A stretch of DNA of 63,238 bases, the filler included, from Octopus bimaculoides (lineage: Eukaryota): assembly GCF_001194135.2 (NCBI RefSeq). It is 7 parts of 7 records of this genome, joined end to end, with 100 filler letters (N's around TTAATTAATTAA, not from the genome) between each part and the next. Parts side by side here need not be neighbours in the genome. Positions count along the whole stretch, not along the records: positions 50,945 to 52,773 come from NC_069000.1; positions 52,874 to 55,266 come from NC_068991.1; positions 55,367 to 57,220 come from NW_026435570.1; positions 57,321 to 63,238 come from NC_068985.1; 3 more parts are not named here. One strand, written 5' to 3'. The notes under the pieces are model-generated. The model saw nothing but the letters and a program-made list of their open reading frames with translations, was not told the DNA's origin and did no database searches. The translations under genes and the position numbers were made by a program. Position 1 is the first letter of the stretch; the number at the start of each line of letters is the position of its first letter. Of this stretch, positions 50,989 to 62,744 are shown one piece after another.

Positions 50989-51904
50989 TGTATACATACA
51001 TATATGTACATATTTACATATATATGTAAATACGGTGGTGCACCAGCATGACCGCAGCCACTTAGCTGAAACACATAAATAAAAAAAATAAAAAAATAAA
51101 AAAATATGGGTACAGGATGTCACAAAATGCAAACAACATGAAATACGAAGACAAACTAATTTTTGCGAACAACGAGAGAAACAAATGGAAAACAAGACAA
51201 GTAACATAAAGAACAGCCCTTCATCAGTTGTCGGCCAGACAAGGTAAGGTAGTGAACATGAGGAATATTGTCTTTGACAAGAGAAAGGATAGGAGAGGAG
51301 ACAGATAAGAATGTGTCTGGTCTGTGCGGACAGACTGGACAAAAAAAAAGATGATCACGTGATGAGAGAAAACGGCGAAGGGGAGAAAAAAAAGAATTAG
51401 AGAAAGGATGAGAGAGAAAAAATGAAAGGGGGAGAAGGGGAGAAAGAAGAATTAGAGAAGGAAGAGAGAAAAAACGAAAAGGGGAGAGAGAGAACAGTAG
51501 AGGGTAACACATATACACAAATGAACACACACCTCACACACACATCTCTCCTATGTCTCTATTTATTTATCCATCTACCTACCTGTCTATCCATCCAATT
51601 ATGTGTCTCTTCATTCAGTCTCTAAATCTGTCTATCTTCCTATACACAGATCTCTCTACCTTGTTTTTCTGTCTGACTATCTCTCTGTCTATCTATCAGT
51701 CTGTCTGTCTGGCAAACAGTCTATCTATCTATACACCTATCTATATAAAATTATCCAAAATGTTCTTCCTTTCTTTCATGTATTACTGCTTTCTTTCTTC
51801 AATTGTTTATTTCCTTGCTTTCTTTTTATCTAGCTATAAGTGATAATTTCTCCCAGATGAATATCCAAATTATTCCTATACAACTTCCAATTCCTGTCCC
51901 TCCC

Positions 51905-52205
51905 TCAAGGGAGTAAAGACCCCTTCAGTTATGAATGACTATGCAATTGCACCTAGAAAATTACCTTCGAGGCAAGGTTGTTTATGAAAGATCAGCAGTC
52001 GCTCATGCATACCAGTCTCTCCTCTCTGCACCACCAATGCTATCCAAGGGAAAGGCAAAGGCTGATACAGCTTGGCACTAGTGACATCGTAACTCATTTC
52101 TACAGCTGACTGAACTGGAGGAACATGAAATGAAGTGTCTTGCTCAAGAACACAACACACAGCCTGGTCTGGGAATCAAAGTCACTATGTCATGATTGTG
52201 AGCAT
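51905..52205 (-). mobile_element. SINE family G (shares the central segment of family E, different tail)
   Basis: Reverse complement: tgtgttgtgttcttgagcaagacacttcatttcatgttcctccagttcagtcagctgtagaaatgagtt, followed by a tail unrelated to D or E. Confidence 0.7.
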
Positions 52206-52419
52206 TTCCTTCAAGAAAAACACCAAATATTTTCAAGTATCTCCCAGCTTAATACACAGTAGAAGAGGATCACAATGTGTGAAAACAACCCTTAATGACC
52301 TTGTTAGTTAACCATTACATAATTTCATAGACCAGTTTGTGACCGTAAGAAATATATTATCTACTGTGAGTATTACTTCACCAACAGGTACTGAGTGTTA
52401 TATTCTGTGTTATATTGTC

Positions 52420-52450
<31 letters not shown>

Positions 52451-52773
52451 TATACATCACAGTACATCTGTCAGACGGGACCTTGATGACTGCCATGAGG
52501 CAGGAAAGTATACTAGTCCTTATATATTTAATACTCAATATTTCATATATTCAATAAGACATTCAATACTTCATATCATTTTACTATTCATTTTACTATT
52601 TATATTATATATTCCATATTCTATATCCTACATTAATTTTATAAGAATATAAATAAAACATAAAAAACAGAGTTGAAACTCTTTGAACTTCAAAAGCTCA
52701 AAGACAATATAATGTATGGGTATATTTATTTTTTTATATATTATTGTTTTATATATTATTTTCTTCATTTTGT

Positions 52774-52873
52774 NNNNNNNNNNNNNNNNNNNNNNNNNNN
52801 NNNNNNNNNNNNNNNNNTTAATTAATTAANNNNNNNNNNNNNNNNNNNNNNNNNNNNNNNNNNNNNNNNNNNN
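52774..52873. other. Artificial 100-bp scaffold linker
   Basis: N44-TTAATTAATTAA-N44. Confidence 0.95.
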
Positions 52874-53020
52874 TTCGGTTTTTGTGTACCAAATCCACTC
52901 ACAAGGCTTTGGGTCATTTCGAGACTATAGAAGAAGACGCTTGCCCAAGGTGCCATGCAGTGGGACTGAACCTGGCACCATGTGGTTGGGAAGCAAACTT
53001 CTTACCAAACAGCCACTCCT
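52874..53020 (-). mobile_element. SINE family A head
   Basis: Matches 62962-63130. Confidence 0.85.
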
Positions 53021-53522
53021 GTTCGGAAATTGAAAACTCCAGCCCGACTAATACCATATGAGCGAATGTGGAAGACAGAAACTGCGTCCACGTGGCAAAG
53101 TGTGGCTATAAGAGAAATCCAATCCAGGTGAGCTGATATGGGCACAGTGGTGCAGGTAAATACGTTTAGGCTTTATATATATCAAGCCTAATCATGTTTA
53201 TCTGCATCGCTATCTTTGTGTGATATATAAAGGTATGAATATTTGTAAATTTAAAGCTTATCTACTTTAGAAATAAATGCAAGCTGCGCAATTAACAGTT
53301 CAACATATTATCAGCACAAACATGTATGTGTGTGCGTGCGAGTGTGTGAGAAATAGAGAGAGAGAGTGAGAGAGAATGCATGTGTATAAGTGAGAAAGAG
53401 GTTGTGTTTGTGTGTTTGTGTGTGTGTGTGAGAAACACAGAGAAAGAGTGGAAGAGAGAGGGAGGAAATGTGTGTGTATGGATGAGGAAAAGCTTGTGTT
53501 TGTGTGTGCGGTGGTGGAGGGG

Positions 53523-53560
<38 letters not shown>

Positions 53561-53813
53561 ATGCGTTTGTATGTGTGTGTGTGTGTGTGTGAGAAAGAGG
53601 TTGTTTGTGTGTGTGTGTATATATGTGTTTGTGTGTGAAACAGAGAGAAAGAGAGAGACAGAGAGGGAGTGGAGAGAATGTATTTGTGTGTGTGTGTGAA
53701 ATAGGTTTTGCGCGTGCGCGTGCGTGTGCATGTGTGCGTTCGCTCATATATCTAATAACCGTTTCACAGTCGTCGTGGATATTTCCACAAGTTTCATTGT
53801 CAACGTAACTCAC

Positions 53814-53890
53814 CTTTCCGTTCTCCATAACTGCTTTCCGATATTTGAAGATGAATCGTTTGGTTAGAAAGAAATCGAAACCAAAGCTGC
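53814..53890 (-). CDS. Candidate internal exon of an unidentified gene (5' end lost in gap)
   Basis: Non-repetitive stretch with two open frames (SFGFDFFLTKRFIFKYRKAVMENGK or QLWFRFLSNQTIHLQISESSYGERK) ending at a consensus donor AAG|GTGAGT. No family recognised. Confidence 0.25.
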
Positions 53891-54287
53891 NNNNNNNNNN
53901 NNNNNNNNNNNNNNNNNNNNNNNNNNNNNNNNNNNNNNNNNNNNNNNNNNNNNNNNNNNNNNNNNNNNNNNNNNNNNNNNNNNNNNNNNNNNNNNNNNNN
54001 NNNNNNNNNNNNNNNNNNNNNNNNNNNNNNNNNNNNNNNNNNNNNNNNNNNNNNNNNNNNNNNNNNNNNNNNNNNNNNNNNNNNNNNNNNNNNNNNNNNN
54101 NNNNNNNNNNNNNNNNNNNNNNNNNNNNNNNNNNNNNNNNNNNNNNNNNNNNNNNNNNNNNNNNNNNNNNNNNNNNNNNNNNNNNNNNNNNNNNNNNNNN
54201 NNNNNNNNNNNNNNNNNNNNNNNNNNNNNNNNNNNNNNNNNNNNNNNNNNNNNNNNNNNNNNNNNNNNNNNNNNNNNNNNNNNNNNA

Positions 54288-54595
54288 GTGTTTATTGAGC
54301 GAAAACACCTAAAGCTCCACAAGGCTCTGGCAGGGCATGGTGGCGAACCCTGCTGTACTCTTTCACCACAACTTTCTCTCACTCTTTCTTCCTGTTTCTG
54401 TTGTGCCTGTAAATCAAAGGACCAGCCTTGTCACACTGTGCCACGCTGAATCTCCCCCGAGTACTACGTTAAGGGTACACGTGTCTGTGGAGTGCTCAAC
54501 CACTTGCACGTTAATTTCACGAGCAGGATGTTCCGTTGATTGGATCAACTGGAACCCTCGACGTCGTAAGCGACGGAGTGCCAACAACAACATAA
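54288..54595 (+). mobile_element. SINE family D (head lost in gap)
   Basis: Near-identical to the reverse complement of 39095-39420. Confidence 0.9.
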
Positions 54596-54624
54596 GTTTG
54601 GGTATTAAATAAGTGCGTGCTATT

Positions 54625-54915
54625 TTCTGGAAAGACAAGTGACTTTGTGGTTAAGGTCATGAGTTCAATTCCCAGGGGCGCATTGTGTTCTTGAGCAAGA
54701 CACTTTATTTCACGCTGCTGGCCAAAAATGAGTTGTACCTGTATTTCAAAGGGAGCAGCCTTGTCGCATCCTGTGTCACGCTGAATCTCCTTAAGAACTA
54801 TGTAAAGGGTACGCGTATCTGCGGAGTGCTCGGCCACATGCACGTTAATTTTACGAGCTGGCTGTTCCGTTGATCGGATCAACTGGAACGCTCGTCGTCA
54901 TAATCGATGGAGTGC
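54625..54915 (+). mobile_element. SINE with E/G-type centre and D-type tail
   Basis: tgtgttcttgagcaagacactttatttcacg (E/G) joined to cctgtatttcaaaggg..gttccgttgatcggatcaactggaac (D). Confidence 0.75.
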
Positions 54916-55125
54916 CAGTCGTTGGATGAAATCACGAAAGCATTTCTTAGGTACGCCTTTTAGGTAGTGTCCTCCGGAAGGTTCGAAGTACAGAATCCTT
55001 TCGGGAATTTTTATTTCTGGAATTCCCTTTTCATGTCCCAACCATCGCAGCTGATACGTTTTCCGAGTCTCGTAGATTTGGTTCTTGTCAGTAAAAACTT
55101 CGTTGTTTCTCATATTTTCATCTCC
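54915..55125 (-). mobile_element. RTE-clade LINE ORF2 C-terminal fragment
   Basis: RNNEVF..QLRWLGH..IPERILYFEPSGGHYLKGVPKKCFRD matches the RTE pattern NEEVL..QLRWLGHV.RM...R.PK..LYGEL..G.R..G.P..R.KD. Confidence 0.85.
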
Positions 55126-55169
55126 CATAAATAAATGCGCGCTCATACACGCACACACGACAAATTAGT

Positions 55170-55202
55170 ATCAATCAATCAATCAATCAATCACTCAATC
55201 AG

Positions 55203-55251
<49 letters not shown>

Positions 55252-55266
55252 TTATCTATCTATTTA
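55170..55266. repeat. (TCAA)n/(TCTA)n microsatellite
   Basis: Directly visible. Confidence 0.95.
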
Positions 55267-55366
55267 NNNNNNNNNNNNNNNNNNNNNNNNNNNNNNNNNN
55301 NNNNNNNNNNTTAATTAATTAANNNNNNNNNNNNNNNNNNNNNNNNNNNNNNNNNNNNNNNNNNNN
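55267..55366. other. Artificial 100-bp scaffold linker
   Basis: N44-TTAATTAATTAA-N44. Confidence 0.95.
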
Positions 55367-55908
55367 ATTTTGCTTGTTTGTGTATGCATGCATATGCATG
55401 TGAGCATGCACGTGTGCGCGCGCATGAACGTGTGTGTACGGGCACACACGCGGATGCATACATGTAAGTAATAGCGTTCTTTTTGCAAAAACTTTTTAAA
55501 ATTTTGTTCGGTTTTTGTAATTGTAAAATTTTTTGGCCATGAACGGTTTGTATTTTTAAACCGAATGTAGTTTTCTGGTGTTATATTTATTCCTGAAGAT
55601 GTGTAAAGAAATTTTGATTTATTAAGTCTCTTAAAGAATTCTTTATACTGAAATATATATTGAAGAAGATAAATATGTTCATTTAAATATATACGTTTTT
55701 TCGTTGTAACTCCTTTATTATTATTAATATAACCAAAAGGATCGATTCTTGAAGAGTCTACATACCTTCACTGTCGTTTTTTTCTGCTATTTTGGTGATG
55801 ATTTTTTGAGTTAGCTTACCAATTATTTTTGTTGGTAGTTAATTTATAATATATTGATATTGAATTTTTACTGTTTTTCTTGGACAAACAGCTATTTAAT
55901 CATTACCT

Positions 55909-57175
55909 ATGAAGTTATTTAACATTGACGCTTCACTGAAAGACATACCTATTCCACCTAATAATGTATATATTAAAGAATTTATCCGGAAAACACATTC
56001 ATTTATTAACAGAATTTGTTGGAAGGCGTTTTTCTTTGACAAGAAAGAACAAATAACTGATTTACCCGAGAATGAATTGAAGTTTAAGAAATTGTTCCGT
56101 TCCAGAAACAACCCACCTTATAATTATAGGTTAGATAAGTTTGAAGAAGATATTTGGTCGATTGTTAAGAATATTAAGTTTCGTAAATCACCATACAAGA
56201 ACTAGCATTTGAGATATCTTAATACTGTTACCAAACAAGTGAAAAGTAATAAAGGAATTTTCGTTAAATCTGACAAGACTGGAAATATTTATAAACTGAA
56301 GAAGGAGCATTAGAAGAATTTACTTAGGAAGGAGATTGAAAAAAAATTATAAAATTACTAATGGATGGACGCTCAGAAAGACTAATTTGGATGTTAAGAA
56401 AATAATGGAGAAATATAATATTGCGGACAGAACTGAACCTATAGTGCCAAAGGAACTGCGGTTTCTTCTTAAAGACCATAAAATTAATTTTTGGACTCAA
56501 CCATCTTTGAGGTTTATTTGCCCGGCTAAATCCGACATTGGGATTATTAGTAAAAGTATTTTGGATAGGTATATTCCTATTATAATTGATGGATTACAAT
56601 TGAATTTATGGTCTAATACTGATCAGGTTATTGAGTTGTTTCGTTCTATTGAGAACAAAAGTAATGCTAAATTTATACAGTTTGATATTTCTAATTTTTA
56701 TCCTTCTATTAACCCTATCATACTAAATAAGGCTCTTTGGTTCTTTCATAACAAGGCAGGGCTTACTAGGGATGAATAAAAGTAGTGTTAGCTGCTCGGA
56801 AGTCCTTTATTTCTATTAATGATAAGATTTGGATTTGTAAAGATGCTCCTAATGCTTTCGATGTTCCTATGGGAAGTTCCGACTCAGCTCAAATAGCGGA
56901 TGTTGTGGGTTCCTATATTTTGCATGAATTGGCTGATCAATTCCCTATGGTTAGGGGAGGTTTATATAGGGACTATTGTCATATTTATATTAGGAATTAT
57001 TCTACCCAATATTTGCAGAGACTTAAAGGTAGGTTATCTAGATTTTTTAATAGGATGGGAATGAGTGTCACTTACGATGATGATGTTTCACTAGCTAATT
57101 ATTTAGATGTGACACTTGATATAAAAAACGATACGTATAGACCATGCCATAAACCGTCTACTAATCTGAAATATC
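55909..57175 (+). mobile_element. Penelope-like element (PLE) reverse transcriptase pseudogene
   Basis: SLKDIPIP, VKSDKTGNIY, LKDHK..RFICPAKSDIG..SK.IL, FIQFDISNFYPSI, FDVPMGSSDSAQIADVVG, LYRDY and NYLDVTLD are PLE RT motifs. TAG stops at 56203 and 56311; frameshifts at A-runs near 56340 and 56778. Confidence 0.9.
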
Positions 57176-57220
57176 GTGTCGCAAGACAGTGTAGGAGAGA
57201 GAATAGTGATGTAGTAGGAG

Positions 57221-57320
57221 NNNNNNNNNNNNNNNNNNNNNNNNNNNNNNNNNNNNNNNNNNNNTTAATTAATTAANNNNNNNNNNNNNNNNNNNNNNNN
57301 NNNNNNNNNNNNNNNNNNNN
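57221..57320. other. Artificial 100-bp scaffold linker
   Basis: N44-TTAATTAATTAA-N44. Confidence 0.95.
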
Positions 57321-57639
57321 TATATATATATATATATATATATATCTTTCACATCTATGCATATATATATATATATAAGAACGTACACAGACATGAATGT
57401 ATGTTGAATGTCAGTTTTCTAGCAATCACTTTGATGTGGACAGTTTTAGATATCAACGACAGTTATAGCAAAAGCGGGTTTTATCTTGCACGCACACACA
57501 CACGCACACGCGCGCGCACACACACACAGATTTTCAAATTTCCAAAACATTGTTATATTCATAAAGAAATAAAAGAAATATAAACAAGGATTTTTAGCAT
57601 CTTTCGCGTCAAAATGGAGAGGTTATAAATATGACGTAC

Positions 57640-57890
57640 CCTAACCGATGGGTTGCAAGAGTCGTAACTGTTGCTTATGTTGTTTATGTTGGTGCTTTGT
57701 GCCTAGATAAGTAGGAAAATGATCAAAGGTGTTTTAGCCATTATTCTCCTACTGTCGAGTATTGTGTATCTAGAACTGCATTATCTATTGCGTACCTCCC
57801 CACCGCCAACGTTTGAAGCCTATAGAATGTAATTTGAGTACGATTTGGCGTTTATTTATAGCAAGGTTGAGCGATGACATGCATTAATGG
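57640..57890 (+). repeat. Old interspersed repeat, family F
   Basis: Shares tagaatgtaatttga..atttggc..gcaaggttgagcga with the reverse complement of 3890-4095. Confidence 0.5.
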
Positions 57891-58379
57891 GTGGCGAATC
57901 TTTTTAATACGAAGGTCTAACTGATAGTACGTAAGAACCAGTTTAGTGCATCTGTACTGAAAAAAAAAATATTGGATTTTTAATTATGCAAACTCATAGG
58001 TATATAACATATATTGCTGTTATACTGATTTTCTCAGCGTATGGTTTCGAATCCAACTGCAGTCAAAAGATGCTGAATTTTTATGTAATATGTATAGCTT
58101 AAAGTCAGTGTTAAAGAAATCACCCTGGTATTACATATCCGACAATGAAACTTCAGAATTGAGAATTAGTGACTTCTACTGTGTCCCCACAAAACTCAGC
58201 AGAAATTAACTGTACCTCATGATGGTACCTATGTGTATCATTATTAATATTGTCTACCGCTCTAGAAAGAGAGTTAATTGCTTACTTCACCAAATTCAGT
58301 ACTGATGCCTTATAGATAAAATAAGTTGCTAATGGCGATGGAGGATTCCAAAGAAGATAAGAGCTGTAGCTATTCTTCT

Positions 58380-58575
58380 CATTCATTGTGCCTGTAATTC
58401 AAAGGGTCAGCCTTGTCACACTGTGTCACGCTGAATATCCCCGAGAACTATGTTAAGGGTACACGTGTCTGTGGAGTGCTCAACCACTTGCACGTTAATT
58501 TCACGAGCAGACTGTTCCGTTGATCGGATCAACGGGAACCCTCGACGTCGTAAGCGACGGAGTGCCAACAACAAC
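58380..58575 (+). mobile_element. SINE family D, 3' half
   Basis: Near-identical to 54400-54595 including the stem-loop and (AAC)n tail. Confidence 0.9.
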
Positions 58576-58764
58576 ATTCTTCTCATTCGTTTTTCTGCGT
58601 TGCGTCAAAACATTGCCTTATTATATACATAATATTGGGGTTTAGCATTGGGATTCGAAATTTAGTAGCTTAAGCTTTGCAGGAAAAGCATTTACTCGCC
58701 AGTAAAGAGAAAATAGAAATATCTCTTAAATTATAGCTAATGGAAACAGTCGCCATATATATTG

Positions 58765-58980
58765 GCTTTAAATTTTGGCACCAAGACCAGCAAGTTCGGG
58801 GTCGGGGTAAATCGATTATATCAACCCCATTTCTCAGCTGGTCCTTATTTTATCAACCCCGAAAGGATGAAAAAGCAATGTCGACTTCGTCGGAATTTGA
58901 ACTCAGAACGAAAGGAAGGACGGAATGTCGCTAAACATTTTGCCCAGTGTGCTAACGATTCTGCCAGCTCACCGCCCATC
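58765..58980 (-). mobile_element. SINE family B
   Basis: Reverse complement matches 61735-61945. Confidence 0.85.
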
Positions 58981-59554
58981 AGTCCCCATTTATATTACGA
59001 TGTTTTTTTTAATACTATGATCCTTGATTATAATTTATTATCATTTTAGTGTAAAGGTGGCCAAAGCAATAAGCAGCGACACTAATTCTTTCAAAATTCA
59101 AAACATTTAGTATGAAATGATAATAATTTAAACCAACAGCTTAAACGGAAATAGGCACTTCAAGCCAAGAATAACTTGCAGGCGTATTTTGTTTGGTATA
59201 ATACAATGTTCAGTTTCACCTTTGGGTATAGCTGGGAGAAGCAAGATCCCTACTATTGTCACATATCATTTTAACATACATCGGAACAATAAAGTTTTCA
59301 GAAGCGTCAATGGGGATCTAATGAGATTGAAATGGGAAATCAACATGGCAATAAACTGTGATGCAGATACATATTCATATCGAATTTGAAATTTGTGTAA
59401 TTAGTATTGTTAAAATTCTCTTCATACCGCTGTCCATTAATCGTTATTCAAGACTAGCAAATGGAAACAATTTTCTCACAATACTCCTGATGGTTGCTTA
59501 GCACATGTGTGGCAGAAATGGCTGAATGCTAAACTAAGAGCCAGATTATATCTA

Positions 59555-59870
59555 GGCGCATGAGTGGCTGTGTGGTAAGTAGCTTTCTTACCAACAACAT
59601 GGTTCCGAGTTCAGTTCCACTGCGTGGGACCTTCGGCAAGTGTCTTCTACTATAGCCTTGTGAGTGGATTTGGNNNNNNNNNNTGAACCTCCAACATCGC
59701 TTGACAACCGATGCTGGTGTGTTTACGTCTCCGTAACTTACCGGTTCGGCAAAAGTGACCGATAGAATAAGTACTAGGCTTACAAAGAATAAGTCCTGGG
59801 GTCGACTTCTTCTACTAAAGGCGGTGTTCCAGCATGACCACAGTCAAAGGACTGAAATAAGTAAAAGATT
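59555..59870 (+). mobile_element. Family A/C SINE (A head, gap, C tail)
   Basis: tRNA-like head ggcgcatgagtggctgtgtggtaag..gagttcagttcc; after a 10-N gap the reverse complement of the C segment follows. Confidence 0.9.
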
Positions 59871-61100
59871 AAAGTTTAGTCTGTTTATGTTCTGAATTCA
59901 AATTCCTCGATGGATATGTGAAGTTTTTTTCGAAATAGGATTAAAACCTTATAAAGAATTCCAGACCGGAAAAAAAAAGCCAGATTCAAACTTAGTACCC
60001 ACAGATATCTCCGTTTAAGCTAATGTCGGAAGCAACAATGTTTCGAAAATTTTCTTTTTAAAATTTTGTACCGCAGGGCGAGTAACATAAACGTTGGTCA
60101 ACCCCTTTTGGTTCAGATCAGCTCAGAAATAAGGTAGAACAATAAAATCATCAAAAAAAAAAAAAAAAAAGAGAAAGGAAAACAGCATTCTAAAGAGAAA
60201 AGTAAGGCACGAATTCATGGAACTTCCGAAGCACGTTCGGCTTCGGAGATAAAGAACAACAACAACAGTTATGGATAATGATAATAACAATTTCATTACT
60301 GTAGCAGTAGAAGCAGCAGTAGGAGTAGTAGTAGTAGTAGTAGGAGTAGTAGTAGTAGTAGTAGGAGGAGTTGTTGTTGTTGTTGTTGCTGCTGCTGCTA
60401 TTGTGGTTGTTGTTGTTTACTGATAAAGCCCATGTTTCACAGAGCCATGCTTAGAATATATTCCTTTCAGAGTTGCTTTATTTGAAAAAAAAAAAATGTT
60501 TTTCTTTTTTTCTTTTTCTGTCAACAAAAGACTTCAGAATACTCAATCTCCTAACATATTAACCTGTAATAGAAAAGAAGATTCGGCTTTAGACTTTTTT
60601 TTTGTAAACATTCATTTCGCTTCATTTATTAGNNNNNNNNNNNNNNNNNNNNNNNNNNNNNNNNNNNNNNNNNNNNNNNNNNNNNNNNNNNNNNNNNNNN
60701 NNNNNNNNNNNNNNNNNNNNNNNNNNNNNNNNNNNNNNNNNNNNNNNNNNNNNNNNNNNNNNNNNNNNNNNNNNNNNNNNNNNNNNNNNNNNNNNNNNNN
60801 NNNNNNNNNNNNNNNNNNNNNNNNNNNNNNNNNNNNNNNNNNNNNNNNNNNNNNNNNNNNNNNNNNNNNNNNNNNNNNNNNNNNNNNNNNNNNNNNNNNN
60901 NNNNNNNNNNNNNNNNNNNNNNNNNNNNNNNNNNNNNNNNNNNNNNNNNNNNNNNNNNNNNNNNNNNNNNNNNNNNNNNNNNNNNNNNNNNNNNNNNNNN
61001 NNNNNNNNNNNNNNNNNNNNNNNNNNNNNNNNNNNNNNNNNNNNNNNNNNNNNNNNNNNNNNNNNNNNNNNNNNNNNNNNNNNNNNNNNNNNNNNNNNNN

Positions 61101-61275
61101 GCTTGACAACCGATGCTGGTGTGTTTACGTCCCCGTAACTTAGCGGTTCGGCATAAGAGACCGATACAATAAGTACCAGGCTTACAAAGAATAAGTCCAG
61201 GGGTCGATTTGCTCGACTAAAGGCGGTGCTCCAGCATGGCCGCAGTCAAAAGACTGAAACAAGTAAAAAGAGTAA
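61101..61275 (+). mobile_element. Family A/C SINE tail (head in preceding gap)
   Basis: gcttgacaaccgatgctggtgtgtttacgtccccgtaacttagcggttcggc matches 59699-59870. Confidence 0.9.
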
Positions 61276-61734
61276 AAGCAAAAAAAGAGAAGAGAAGGTC
61301 ATCTGTTTTTAGCATTGCAGGTTAAAACGAAGTTAAAGGCATTGGTTAACCTCAAAGATAGGAGCAATCATTAAAGGGATATCTTGCAAGCAATAGGGCC
61401 TTCTTACTTGAATCATCTGTCAGAGAAAGGGTTAGAAAGAAGGTGACATGATTTTTGTCATCTTTCTTCTGGGAAAAGGTTTTTTTATGCTATCGGAAGA
61501 GTTGTTTGAGAAAGCTCTGGCGGATTATGTCACGATTTGTATTCTATTGACTGACAAGGACATGTGATAAGGGGTGTCAACTCTTAAACGACAGACATCA
61601 GTTGATTTTTCGAAAAATTCTACCTGGGTACGGCCATCATGAATTGGCCCCCCGAGCGTCTACTTTGTCAAATGTTCTTAGGCATAAGTAGCCCTTAACG
61701 GCGGAAGAAAAGAATATTCGACTATTTTATAAAG

Positions 61735-62175
61735 GCAGCGAGCTAGCAGAAACGTTAGCACGTCGGGCGAAATGCTTAGCAGTATTTCATCTGTCTTTAC
61801 GTTCTGAGTTCAAATTCCACCAAGGTCGACTTTGCCTTTCATCCTTTCGGGGCTGATACATTAAATGCCAATTGCGTACTGGGGTAGATCTAATCGACTG
61901 GCCCCGCTTCCCAAAAATTTCGAGCCTTGTGCTTAGAGTACAAAAGAATATTTTTAGCAGGTGAGCTGACAGAATCGTTAGTACACCGGACGAAATGCTT
62001 ACCTTCGGAATTCAAATTCCGCTGAGGTCAATTTCATCATTTTAGGGGTCGATAAAATAAATATCAGTTGAGCACAGGGGTTGATATGATAGATTAAATA
62101 AGTACCAGTTACGCACTGGGGTCGATGTAATCGACTTAATCCATTTATCTGTCCTCGTTTGTTCTTTCTATGTAT
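61735..62175 (+). mobile_element. Tandem SINE family B copies
   Basis: Heads at ~61735 and ~61960; aaataagtaccagtt is duplicated near 62057 and 62096. Confidence 0.85.
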
Positions 62176-62744
62176 AAGTATAAATATGTAATAATGATAA
62201 TAGATATGTCAGTTTAAAAAGTTTTTGAATTAAGTTTTAAAGCATCTTACGATCGTTTCGCAAAAGTGCCGTCCTAATAATGGAATCCTATATTGATTAG
62301 CATTTATAGACAACTCTTCTGCTCTTCAGAGATATAAATTTTGAATTTTGTATAATTTATCGAATGGTAGTTTTTTTAAAAAAAAAACATGAACTAATAT
62401 TATAAAAAGGTGTTTGTTTGAAATATAAATTAAATATTAAAAATTAAAAATTACTGGTTTGCATTTTGGTAAGTACACTTTAGTATGAGACTTTAATCCA
62501 TATATTCTTCCTTGGTTAGTCTTTTGTAATAATCCATAATAGTTAAATATCTATATATTTATACTTAAATATTCATCGTCTTAAAGTTTCCACTTTTTGC
62601 TTTCTTTTGTTTCGAATGTATACATATATACGTGTTTCGTTTTCGTTCCGAAACTATATCATATTTGCTTATCTTAATTGCCTCTCTAATTTCCTTATCT
62701 GCTTAATTGCCTCTCTCTCTATATATATGTATATATTCTTTAAT

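Noticed and set aside
51150-51235. Minus-strand CTGATGAAGGG as a hammerhead core
   Set aside because: No complementary CCC followed by GAAA downstream; at most a decayed remnant.
56203-56313. Selenocysteine or programmed read-through in the PLE ORF
   Set aside because: The in-frame stops are TAG, not TGA, and come with frameshifts and a YRDD-to-YRDY change; this is ordinary decay.
60225-60247. 8-bp GC-rich hairpin TCCGAAGC/GCTTCGGA as a Helitron end or terminator
   Set aside because: No CTRR at the right distance on either strand; intrinsic terminators are not relevant in this context.
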